From: a candidate division WOR-3 bacterium
Lineage (GTDB): Bacteria; Hydrothermota; UBA3073; NMUJ01
DNA: 64,000 nt
Reading direction: 5' to 3'
Assembly (NCBI GenBank): GCA_021158725.1
Contig: JAGGUB010000044.1
Location: 71,533 to 135,532, forward strand
Part shown: in pieces, positions 42,442 through 51,348 of the stretch
How the letters are laid out: every line of letters starts with the position of its first letter
Numbering within the stretch: position 1 is the first letter of the stretch
Made by a program: the position numbers and the translations under genes
Notes under the pieces: generated by a model
What the model was told of the DNA's origin: nothing
What the model saw: the letters and a program-made list of their open reading frames with translations, nothing else
The model's database searches: none

Positions 42442-44139
42442 TTGATGGATATACCCTCCACCCTCGAGTCACTTGTAGAGAGTGGCCGTTTCAGTGAGGA
42501 AGAAGTACGTTTTATTGGGGAGTTGCTTAAAAAGAGGCAAACCGAGAATAAAGATGTTGTTATCCACTTTGTGGAAGGTGATACAAGCTCATATCCACGT
42601 GTGGATAGGTTGGTGGTGTTAGCACCTGATTGGCCGGGTGTGCTGGAGGGATGTACCTCATGTATACATAGGTTGGGGCTCAATTTACAATATGTAAAGG
42701 CGGGTAATTTTAAGTGGAACGATACGCAGTTGGCGGTCTTTTTCTTGGATATTGAGATAAAAAATGAGGAAGAGGCGGCTCTTTTCGAGCAATCCAGGGT
42801 AGCAATGTTTCGTACGCTTGAGTTTCTGGCTATAGGGGGGAAGGCGAAACGCGATCTGCTGTTCGAAGGTATGGTGAAGCTACAGTTCTTTGAAGCAACA
42901 CTCAACGAGCTATCTAAGATGTTGGGTAAGAATATACCGCCTGAAATACTTGAGGAGGCGGCACTCTTTTTTCACAGTAGGAGCAAAGCTTATATCCGTG
43001 AGCGTAAAGTGAAGGATTTGGCACGTTTGATACTCACCAACTATGAATTCATAAAGAAGGTACGTGAAACGGGATTCCCACAGGTTAAGGTTGAACATAT
43101 TGAGACGACGCGTGAGAAACTTACGGGTATAAGTATCGCGGCGTTCGATCGTGACCTATCGATGCAAGATGTGTTATCAAGTATTGGTGAGGTTGTACCT
43201 GATTACACTATAAGATACGAGAAGAAGTTCATAACGGATGATGGTATCGCTGTATATAGGTTGGAGTTGGCGGGATTTCTGGAGATTGATAAGTTGAAAC
43301 AGAGTATCTATCAGGCATTACTTAAGAAGCGTCTACGATATATAAAATCGTTAGGTGTAAGGCGACATATTGAATATTATGCACGTGTGGTGTTGCCACA
43401 GCTTATTAAAGAGTATAGGCATTCTAAGATACCGCAGATATTTATCACACCTACACTTGCCAGCCGTGAAGAGATTTCGTTTAAACTCATAATTGTTGAA
43501 GCTAAAGGTAACAAGAGTTTCTCTAAATTGCTGGAGAGGATAGATTCTAAGCCTGGGTTCATGGTTGTAAATAGTGAACCGCCTCGCCCGTTGATGGATA
43601 CCCAGTATTTCACGATAGAGGTGGAGGCAGACCTTAGGGTTATACCTATAATTGAAAAGGTTTATGAAACCTTACATACGGTATTAAGTGAAGTGTTTGG
43701 TAAGTTTCGTGATTTCGACGAAGGTGTGAGGAAACAGGATATGGCACGAATAAATGCGTTACGGAAGGAGTTTCCCGCTTTCTGGGAGATAGCACGTGAG
43801 TTTTATTACTCGATGGATGACTTCTATAGGTTAGAGGTAGCCGAAGATGAACTGCGTGAACTCATAAAACTAGGGGTCGAAATATACAAGCGGATGCAGA
43901 AGGAGCGTAAAGAGCTTGTGACTGAGGTGCATCACTTAGATAACGCCACAATACTAGCGATCGGGACGTTACGACCATTGCCTGCTACTTTATATACAAA
44001 GCTTGATCGCTATAAACCTATTATTAACCAAACCACCATAGGTGATGTACACTATTATCTAATCAAACTGTCATCAAATAATAAGCCGTTATCAGAAGAT
44101 GAAATTGATGAAATCATTAGATGGATGCAACCTCATTAG
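42442..44139 (+). CDS. Uncharacterised 565-aa protein with an N-terminal ACT-like fold
   Basis: TTG/ATG start overlapping the ligA stop. An ACT-like segment (LAPDWPGVLEGCTSCIHRLGLNLQYV) is present, and the remainder is helical with no recognisable catalytic motif. Confidence 0.4.
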   Translation: MMDIPSTLESLVESGRFSEEEVRFIGELLKKRQTENKDVVIHFVEGDTSSYPRVDRLVVLAPDWPGVLEGCTSCIHRLGLNLQYVKAGNFKWNDTQLAVFFLDIEIKNEEEAALFEQSRVAMFRTLEFLAIGGKAKRDLLFEGMVKLQFFEATLNELSKMLGKNIPPEILEEAALFFHSRSKAYIRERKVKDLARLILTNYEFIKKVRETGFPQVKVEHIETTREKLTGISIAAFDRDLSMQDVLSSIGEVVPDYTIRYEKKFITDDGIAVYRLELAGFLEIDKLKQSIYQALLKKRLRYIKSLGVRRHIEYYARVVLPQLIKEYRHSKIPQIFITPTLASREEISFKLIIVEAKGNKSFSKLLERIDSKPGFMVVNSEPPRPLMDTQYFTIEVEADLRVIPIIEKVYETLHTVLSEVFGKFRDFDEGVRKQDMARINALRKEFPAFWEIAREFYYSMDDFYRLEVAEDELRELIKLGVEIYKRMQKERKELVTEVHHLDNATILAIGTLRPLPATLYTKLDRYKPIINQTTIGDVHYYLIKLSSNNKPLSEDEIDEIIRWMQPH

Positions 44140-46253
44140 CGGGTGGCTTCTTGCTGGTGGGTGTGACATCTGTGCTTTCACAAACCTTATTTACACGTGA
44201 GCTTGTAAATATATTCTATGGTAGCGAGATAGCGCTCGGCTTCATACTTGCGGGATGGTTGATATTCACGGCATTGGGTAGCTACATAGGGAGACGGTTT
44301 AAGGGTGAACTATTTTTTGCATCTCAAATAGGGATGGGGGTTGTGTTGCCACTCGAATATCTATTTATCAGAAATCTACGTACTATCGTGCATGTGCCGT
44401 TGGGTATGATATTTCCATTAGAGGTGATAGCATTGTTATCATTTGTGGCACTTGCCCCCATAGCTGTGCTGAACGGTATGCTGTTCGTTAATGCATGCGA
44501 CCTTTATGAAAAGATTAGAAAGAGTGCGGTTAAGGGGATAACTTCGGTATATGTGATAGACGCTATAGGTGATATGACAGGCGGGTTATTGTATGGCTAC
44601 CTGTTTGTGCGTATATTTTCGCTACCTACACTATTTATTTTTATGGGAGCTAACATAATTTCGGCAACCTATTTGAGGTTCAAAAGGTGGCGCTTCATAG
44701 GGTATATCATAATAGCTGCGGTACCGATTGCTTTTAAACTCGAAAAACCTATCATGCGGATGGCGTATCCGGATTATAAGGTGGTAGATTATGGACATTC
44801 AATATATCATGATATTGTATTAACCCGACAGATGGGGTTGAACACAGTATTTGTTAATGGTGGGATTGCATTCTCTTATCCTTTGGAAGAAGTTACTGAA
44901 TTGCAAACCTATTTCCCGCTGGTGGAGACACCACAGGTTGACCATATAGCGATAGTAACTGATAACCCGCAAATTATCGAAACGGCATTAAAGTTCAACC
45001 CCGACACGGTGTACTGGTTGATGCTGGATAAGCAATATCTGAGGTTTGTGGTACGGAACTTGCATCCTAATGTCATTGGTGATAGAAGGGTTAAGATTAT
45101 GATCGGTGATCAGCGGTTGAAACTCAAAAGGTGGGAGGGGCCACTGTTAGATGCAGTGCTGCTCGATGTTGGTGACCCATTATCTGCACTCAGTAATCGA
45201 TTTTATACTGTGGAGTTTTTTAATGAAATTGCACATATACTCAAACCCACGGGTGTGCTGTTTTTGAAGATGGGTTCTGATCCTACTTATTTCTCGTATG
45301 CGTTACTCGCATATAATGGTAGTGTATATCGGAGCCTTAAATCAGTATTCCATACAGTGACTGTAATCCCGGGAGAAACGCTCTTCCTTATAGCGTCAAA
45401 GGATGGAAGCTATCATAGTTTGGTACCCGAGACACTTGAGATGCGTTGCTATAAAGCGGGGGTTATGCCTTCATATTTTCGTGCAGGCTATTTATATGGG
45501 ATGTTATTACCAGAAAGGATACGATATGTGAGAAGTAAGCTTGAAAGCTATAGGGGTAAGCTGAATCACGACTTTTATCCTGTGGCTGCTTATTATCATC
45601 TTATACATAGGAGCTATTACTTTGCGGGATATCTTGGTAAACTGTTTTGGTGGCTACAGAATATACCTATGTGGCTGTCGATAGCTTTGTGGGTAGCTAT
45701 AATAATAGCGGTTGTTGGTCTATCCCGTAGATACATACGTAAACGAGTATTAGAGATAGGGATGATAGGGTTTGCGGCTATGGGGGTTAATGTGCTGCTG
45801 TTGACAGGGTTTCAGATAATCTATGGGTACCTTTATCATTACCTTGGGATATTATCTGGTATCTTTATGTTAGGGTTGACGATAGGGGCCATCCGTGGTG
45901 CACGCAAAGGTAATCTTAAATCGATAGAAGCGGGAATACTGGGGTTCATGTTTATCCTGTGTGGAATACTGTGGTTAACGAGAACCTACACGTGGTGGCT
46001 GGTAATGCATTGTTTTCCGATGCTTAATTTCGTGATGGGCTATTTCGTAGGTTGTGCATTCCCGATAGCTGTACGATCGTTGGTGACACATGGTGTGGCT
46101 GGCAAATATGCAGCAAGTATCTTGTACACAGCGGATCTTGTAGGGTCATTTATTGGCGCAATATTCGTACCTTTTATATTCATGCCACTTTATGGGGTGT
46201 TTGCTACGCTAATCTTTATGGGGATACCGTTTGTGGTCTTGCTTATTTTATGA
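44121..46253 (+). CDS. Polytopic membrane protein with a central spermidine-synthase-like (PABS-fold) domain
   Basis: There are ~6 N-terminal TM helices, a PABS-like core (LLDVGDPLSALSNRFYTVEFFNEIAHILKPTGVLFL) and ~6 C-terminal TM helices. The glycine-rich SAM/dcSAM loop (GGGDG) is replaced by IAIVTDNPQ. Confidence 0.5.
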   Translation: MDATSLAGGFLLVGVTSVLSQTLFTRELVNIFYGSEIALGFILAGWLIFTALGSYIGRRFKGELFFASQIGMGVVLPLEYLFIRNLRTIVHVPLGMIFPLEVIALLSFVALAPIAVLNGMLFVNACDLYEKIRKSAVKGITSVYVIDAIGDMTGGLLYGYLFVRIFSLPTLFIFMGANIISATYLRFKRWRFIGYIIIAAVPIAFKLEKPIMRMAYPDYKVVDYGHSIYHDIVLTRQMGLNTVFVNGGIAFSYPLEEVTELQTYFPLVETPQVDHIAIVTDNPQIIETALKFNPDTVYWLMLDKQYLRFVVRNLHPNVIGDRRVKIMIGDQRLKLKRWEGPLLDAVLLDVGDPLSALSNRFYTVEFFNEIAHILKPTGVLFLKMGSDPTYFSYALLAYNGSVYRSLKSVFHTVTVIPGETLFLIASKDGSYHSLVPETLEMRCYKAGVMPSYFRAGYLYGMLLPERIRYVRSKLESYRGKLNHDFYPVAAYYHLIHRSYYFAGYLGKLFWWLQNIPMWLSIALWVAIIIAVVGLSRRYIRKRVLEIGMIGFAAMGVNVLLLTGFQIIYGYLYHYLGILSGIFMLGLTIGAIRGARKGNLKSIEAGILGFMFILCGILWLTRTYTWWLVMHCFPMLNFVMGYFVGCAFPIAVRSLVTHGVAGKYAASILYTADLVGSFIGAIFVPFIFMPLYGVFATLIFMGIPFVVLLIL

Positions 46254-47583
46254 GCATAAGGGTGCCTAACCCCAGTAATGTGGTGTAGCCTACACAATCT
46301 ATAAGTATCAGTATGAATGGGCTTGCGGCAAGTGCGGGATCTATGCCGAGCTTCTTAAACAGCAACGGTACAAATAGCCCAAATATTGATGCAGCTATGA
46401 TGTTGGCACAAAGTGCGAGCCCAACAACTGCTGCAATGTTGATCCCTACCTGAAAGATTATGATGGCCTCAATGAACCCCGCGATCCCAACGAGTGCACC
46501 TAAGAGCCCTGCTATAGCGAATTGACGCCAAAATATTGCAAGAATATCGACAGCGGTGATCTCACCTAAACTTAATGAACGTACCACCACGGTGAGGGTT
46601 TGCATGCCAACGTTACCACCTATGGCTGCTACTATGGGCATGAACATGGTGAGTGCGATGGCTTTTTCGAGCGTGTGACGAAATAAACGTACGATGTTGG
46701 AGGATAACAATGTAGTCAATAGACTGAATAGTATCCAAGGTAACCTATTACGTACAGCAGATACGATGGGTGTAAAGACGGATTCCTCTTTCTCAAGTCC
46801 AGTAAGATGGAAGAGATCCTCTTCGGTCTCTTGCTCCAATACTTCCATCGCTTTATCAGCGGTTACTATGCCCAATAGCTTACCGTCTTCATTAACTACA
46901 GGGAGGGCCAGTAGATCGTATTTCTGCATGAGTTTAGCGACAGTCTCTTGATCTTCCATTGGGTCAACAGCGAGTATCTCGGTATCCATAAGGTTACCCA
47001 ACGTTTTGTTACTCTCACCAAGGATTAACCGTTTGAGTGGTAGAACACCACGTAGGCGGTTGTCCTCATCTACCACGTATATGTAACCTACATCTCGTAA
47101 TTTGCTGGCCTTTTGACGTAGGGTTTGAATAGCTTCATCGATCTTCATCCAATACGGTAGTGCTATATATTCGGTGCTCATTATTCCGCCAGCTGAATGT
47201 TCGGGGTATTGGGATAGTGATTCGATTTTGCGGATACTGTCTAAAGGTAGGTGTGCCAATAACGTGGAACGATCTATATTGGATAGCTCTTGTAGGAGAT
47301 CGATGGCTTGGTCGGTTTCCATCTTGGGGATCACTTCTGATAGTCGCTCTATATCTAAGTAATGCAGTATATCTACGAGGATGTCATCGCTTAGGTGTGG
47401 CAATACATCGGCAATAAGGTCTGTATCCATGATGGAGAGCAGGAAGCGACGTTCATGGGTATCAAGATGTTCCATGAGCTCAGCAATATCTGCTGGGTGT
47501 AAAGGGGTAAGTATCTGTAAAATGTTCTCACAGTGTTTGGCTTTTATCTCCTTACGTAAACGGCGGAGTAGGTCTTCTTGCAT
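46243..47583 (-). CDS. mgtE: Magnesium transporter MgtE
   Basis: An N-domain, tandem CBS domains and a 5-TM pore domain with the conserved MgtE terminal helices are present. Confidence 0.9.
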   Translation of the reverse strand: MQEDLLRRLRKEIKAKHCENILQILTPLHPADIAELMEHLDTHERRFLLSIMDTDLIADVLPHLSDDILVDILHYLDIERLSEVIPKMETDQAIDLLQELSNIDRSTLLAHLPLDSIRKIESLSQYPEHSAGGIMSTEYIALPYWMKIDEAIQTLRQKASKLRDVGYIYVVDEDNRLRGVLPLKRLILGESNKTLGNLMDTEILAVDPMEDQETVAKLMQKYDLLALPVVNEDGKLLGIVTADKAMEVLEQETEEDLFHLTGLEKEESVFTPIVSAVRNRLPWILFSLLTTLLSSNIVRLFRHTLEKAIALTMFMPIVAAIGGNVGMQTLTVVVRSLSLGEITAVDILAIFWRQFAIAGLLGALVGIAGFIEAIIIFQVGINIAAVVGLALCANIIAASIFGLFVPLLFKKLGIDPALAASPFILILIDCVGYTTLLGLGTLMLIK

Positions 47584-48569
47584 TAATCCTCAAACTTGAG
47601 TTCCCTTGCCATTAAGGTTTCTATGGCAGTAGCGGGTGATTTGTCTTCAAATAGTATGGCATACACTTCACGGGTTATGGGCATGGTGATCCCTAATTTA
47701 TTCGCCATACTGAGAACTGAACGTGTTGTCCATACACCTTCGGCTACCATCACCATGTTGGAGAGTATCTCGGATAGCTTTTTACCTCTACCTATTTCAA
47801 CCCCCACATAACGGTTGCGGGAGAATGAACTTATGGCAGTGGTGAGTAAGTCACCCATACCGGCGAGCCCACTGAAGGTTTCAGCACGTGCACCATGGGC
47901 GACACCGAACCGCCGTATTTCGGTAAGCCCACGTGTGAGTAGTGCACCGAGTGCGTTCGCTCCTAAGGAGAGACCCTGAACAATACCAGCTGCTATAGCG
48001 ATTATATTTTTGAGTGCACTTGCAAGCTCAACCCCCACAACATCGGTGTGTCGGTATGCCCGTAAGTGGTGTGAATTGAGTAGCTGTTGTACAGCATAGG
48101 CGGATGATTCATCTTCTGAAGCGCATACTATTGCAGTAGGTAGGCCACGTACTATTTCGTTGGCTATGGTGGGACCACCCAACACTACAGGGTGTTCCAC
48201 TGGTAAATACTCGCAGAGTATCTCGGAAGGCCTTTTGAAGGTGTGTTCCTCTATGCCCTTAATTGCTGAAACCACTATTGGAGGGCGCTTGTAGTGCCAG
48301 TGGAAATTTTTAACAACAGAACGAAGATATTGTGTTGGTATGACAAAAAATAGGAAGGATAGATCGAGTTCGGTAATATCGTCTAAGTTGCCGGTTACCT
48401 CGATGTTTTCGGGTAGCTTGATACCTGGTAAGTAGCGTAGGTTCTCACGTTGTACGGAGATTTCGGATGCTCTACTATGTGACCATAAATAAACGGTTTC
48501 GGACTTGGGGGACAGAATTATTGCAAGAGTAGTACCCCAGCTGCCAGCACCTAAGATGCCGATCTTCAT
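47583..48569 (-). CDS. gpsA: NAD(P)H-dependent glycerol-3-phosphate dehydrogenase
   Basis: MKIGILGAGSWGTTLA Rossmann motif and the GpsA C-terminal domain are present. Confidence 0.9.
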   Translation of the reverse strand: MKIGILGAGSWGTTLAIILSPKSETVYLWSHSRASEISVQRENLRYLPGIKLPENIEVTGNLDDITELDLSFLFFVIPTQYLRSVVKNFHWHYKRPPIVVSAIKGIEEHTFKRPSEILCEYLPVEHPVVLGGPTIANEIVRGLPTAIVCASEDESSAYAVQQLLNSHHLRAYRHTDVVGVELASALKNIIAIAAGIVQGLSLGANALGALLTRGLTEIRRFGVAHGARAETFSGLAGMGDLLTTAISSFSRNRYVGVEIGRGKKLSEILSNMVMVAEGVWTTRSVLSMANKLGITMPITREVYAILFEDKSPATAIETLMARELKFED

Positions 48570-48762
48570 TAGGAAAATAAATTCGCTATAATATTACTTT
48601 CGTCAACTTTATTGACCTTAGACTGTCCATTTCTTATATTACTTTTTGAGAGGGAAATATTTATTGTGGAAAACTGTCTATAGAAGTAGAAGGGAAATAT
48701 TCTTATGGCTGTTTCACAAAGGAAGAAGAGAGGGTGGGTGATTGTGGAAAACTGTGTGGAAA
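48570..48762 (+). promoter_or_regulatory. dnaA upstream control region with three DnaA-box-like TGTGGAAAA 9-mers
   Basis: TGTGGAAAA (8/9 to the TGTGGATAA consensus) occurs at 48665-48673, 48743-48751 and 48755-48763. The last abuts the dnaA ATG. Two boxes sit in the direct repeat ATTGTGGAAAACTGT. The 5' part of the region is AT-rich. Confidence 0.5.
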
Positions 48763-50070
48763 ATGGATGGTAATAAGGTGTGGGAAACTATAGTGAGTAA
48801 GGTGAGTGAAAGGATACCTGAACAGAGCTTTAACACATGGATAAGGCCGTTGAGGTTAAAAGCGTTTGAGAATGGAGAACTTGTGGTAGCTACCCCTAAT
48901 AACTTTTATATAGATTGGATTGAGGAACATTATATGTCGATTTTTAAACAGGTATTGAAAGAGTTGGCATTAAATGGTGTGAAGATACGATTTGTTTCTG
49001 AGAGACGGCGCAAAAAATTGAAGGCGGTGGATGTACAGGTGCCTGCCAACACGTCTATGTTTCAACCTCATTATACTTTTGAGAATTTTGTGGTTGGTGC
49101 ATGTAATAGCCTTGCATATGCAGGTAGCTTGGCGGTAGCCCAGAATCCTGGTAAGGTATATAATCCGCTCTTCATATATGGGAAGGTTGGACTGGGTAAG
49201 ACGCATCTACTACATAGTATAGGGAATTATGTGTTTAAACATAGGCAGGGGTTAAAAGTATGTTACGTTTCTTGTGAGGTGATCCTTAATGAGATGATAG
49301 AATCGATAAAGGATGGCACTATGAGCCAGTTTAAACAGAAATATCGATCTTTTGATGTATTCCTACTGGATGATGTGCAATTCTTATCTCAGAAGGAGCG
49401 GTTACAAGAGGAGATTTTCCATATATTTAACTATCTGTATAATGCTAATAAACAGATAGTGCTTACAAGTGATTCATTGCCACAAGAGATACCATACTTA
49501 GAGGAACGGCTGGCATCAAGATTTGCATGGGGGTTGATAGCGGATTTGAAGCCACCGGATTTTGAAACGAGGGTAGCTATACTCAAGAAGAAGGCAGAAT
49601 TATATAACGTAGTCATACCGGAGGATGCACTACTGTATATTGCAGAACATATTCGTGGTAATATAAGGAATTTGGAGTCCGCAATAGTTAGGGTGATGGC
49701 GGTGGCATCGCTCACGGGTACAAGGATAGACTTGGAATTGGTAAAGGAGTGTTTGAGTGAGATACTTAAAGTAAGTAAAAAGATAACGTTGCCTGATATA
49801 CAAGAAAGGGTTGCCAAGGCTTTCGATATACCGTTATCTGTATTGCGTAGTAAGAAAAGAAGTGCACATATTGTACTTGCACGTCAGGTGGCAATGTACC
49901 TTGCACGTGAGATATTGCAGATGCCATTGAAAGAGATAGGTAAAGCATTTGGTGGTAAGGATCATACAACTGTTATGTATGCATGTCAGAAGGTTGAACA
50001 GCTGATGGAAAAGGATGTGGAGCTTCGGGAGAAAGTTTTCCACATTAAGAAGTTGATAATAGAGGGATGA
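48763..50070 (+). CDS. dnaA: Chromosomal replication initiator protein DnaA
   Basis: The N-domain (FNTWIRPL), AAA+ Walker A (GKVGLGKTHLL), Walker B (LLDDVQFL), sensor motifs and a C-terminal DnaA-box-binding HTH are present. I prefer the start ATG 48763 over the track's TTG 48742. Confidence 0.95.
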   Translation: MDGNKVWETIVSKVSERIPEQSFNTWIRPLRLKAFENGELVVATPNNFYIDWIEEHYMSIFKQVLKELALNGVKIRFVSERRRKKLKAVDVQVPANTSMFQPHYTFENFVVGACNSLAYAGSLAVAQNPGKVYNPLFIYGKVGLGKTHLLHSIGNYVFKHRQGLKVCYVSCEVILNEMIESIKDGTMSQFKQKYRSFDVFLLDDVQFLSQKERLQEEIFHIFNYLYNANKQIVLTSDSLPQEIPYLEERLASRFAWGLIADLKPPDFETRVAILKKKAELYNVVIPEDALLYIAEHIRGNIRNLESAIVRVMAVASLTGTRIDLELVKECLSEILKVSKKITLPDIQERVAKAFDIPLSVLRSKKRSAHIVLARQVAMYLAREILQMPLKEIGKAFGGKDHTTVMYACQKVEQLMEKDVELREKVFHIKKLIIEG

Positions 50071-50238
50071 TATTTTTGATGTGGAAAATTAACAGATTTT
50101 ACACAAAGTTTTACACAGGGAAATTGGACGTAGAATTAGATAATTAAATGGTTCGTAATGTTATACGTGGATTACACAATTGACATAAAACAACAAAGTT
50201 AAATATTTATAGTATGTAGGTCGAAAACAGGAGGTGAA
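50071..50238. other. Candidate oriC (dnaA-dnaN intergenic region with DnaA boxes and an AT-rich unwinding element)
   Basis: TGTGGAAAA at 50080-50088; TTTTACACA at 50097-50105 and 50109-50117; a weaker GATTACACA at 50170-50178; an AT-rich tract at 50179-50215. Confidence 0.5.
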
Positions 50239-51327
50239 ATGAAAATAAAATTTGCCAAAAGTGTCGTACAAAAGGCACTTAAGGTAACTACACCGATAAT
50301 AAGTGAACGTTCACCTTTACCAATATTGCAAACAGTGCTAATTGAGGCTAAAGGTGGTGAGCTTACGATCTCGGCGAGTGATCTTGAGACCGTGATAATA
50401 ACACGTGAACCGGTAGATGTTATAAAAGAAGGTGTTACAGCTATTAAAGCTAAAGAGTTCTTTCAATTACTTAGAGAGTTGCCGGATGAAGATGTTACAC
50501 TTAGTGTAGAAGATAATACTGCGAAATTGACGTTCTCACAGGGTGAATATCGGATTAGGACATACGATCCAGATGAGTATCCAGAGATACCAAAATTTGA
50601 GCCCAAAAATGTGTTTAGCTTACCTACTTCAATATTGCACGACAGTATTGGGAGGATAGCGTTTGCGGCAGCTAAAAAGGAGGGTGACCCTATTCTTCGT
50701 GGTATATTGCTGGATTTCTCTACACAGGGGTTAAATATGGTGGCGGTTGATGGTTACCGGTTAGCTATGATACATAAGAAAGATATAAAGCCAGAGATAC
50801 CGGGGGCTGTATTGGTGGCAGCTAAAACGTGGGAGTATGTGGAGGATATTGAGGACAGTTGTGAGATAAAAGTGGGTGAAAATAACATCGAATTTGTGGG
50901 TGAAAAGGTTAGGATAATTACGAGGCTTATGGATGCGACCAGCTATCCAGATTATAAGAGTGTGATACCACGTGAGAATGAATATGTATTGAATATACAG
51001 ACAGATTACTTGATCAAAGCGTTACGTAGGGTGAACATATTTACGGATGTTGTTGCACATGTGGTGAAGTTTAGATTACAGCCTGATAAGCTTGTGATCA
51101 CAAGTATGGGTGAAGTAGGTGAAGCCCATGAGGAGCTTATTGCTCGATATGAAGGTGAACCTATGGATATAGGGTTCAATGCGCAGCTGCTTATGGAGAT
51201 ACTTAATCATATCGATACAGACAATACAATTATGAAATTTAAGAGCCCACAGACGGGTGTACTTATACTGCCTGAGGGTAAGGAGGAGGAGATACTTTAT
51301 CTGTTGATGCCTACACGATTGGTATGA
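50239..51327 (+). CDS. dnaN: DNA polymerase III subunit beta (sliding clamp)
   Basis: 362 aa with the three-domain clamp architecture. SD GGAGGTG. Confidence 0.9.
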   Translation: MKIKFAKSVVQKALKVTTPIISERSPLPILQTVLIEAKGGELTISASDLETVIITREPVDVIKEGVTAIKAKEFFQLLRELPDEDVTLSVEDNTAKLTFSQGEYRIRTYDPDEYPEIPKFEPKNVFSLPTSILHDSIGRIAFAAAKKEGDPILRGILLDFSTQGLNMVAVDGYRLAMIHKKDIKPEIPGAVLVAAKTWEYVEDIEDSCEIKVGENNIEFVGEKVRIITRLMDATSYPDYKSVIPRENEYVLNIQTDYLIKALRRVNIFTDVVAHVVKFRLQPDKLVITSMGEVGEAHEELIARYEGEPMDIGFNAQLLMEILNHIDTDNTIMKFKSPQTGVLILPEGKEEEILYLLMPTRLV

Positions 51328-51348
51328 CGACATTTTCTGGGGTTTAAG

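Noticed and set aside
47583-47600. Possible M-box (Mg2+) riboswitch upstream of mgtE
   Set aside because: The mgtE ATG overlaps the gpsA stop codon, so there is no leader.
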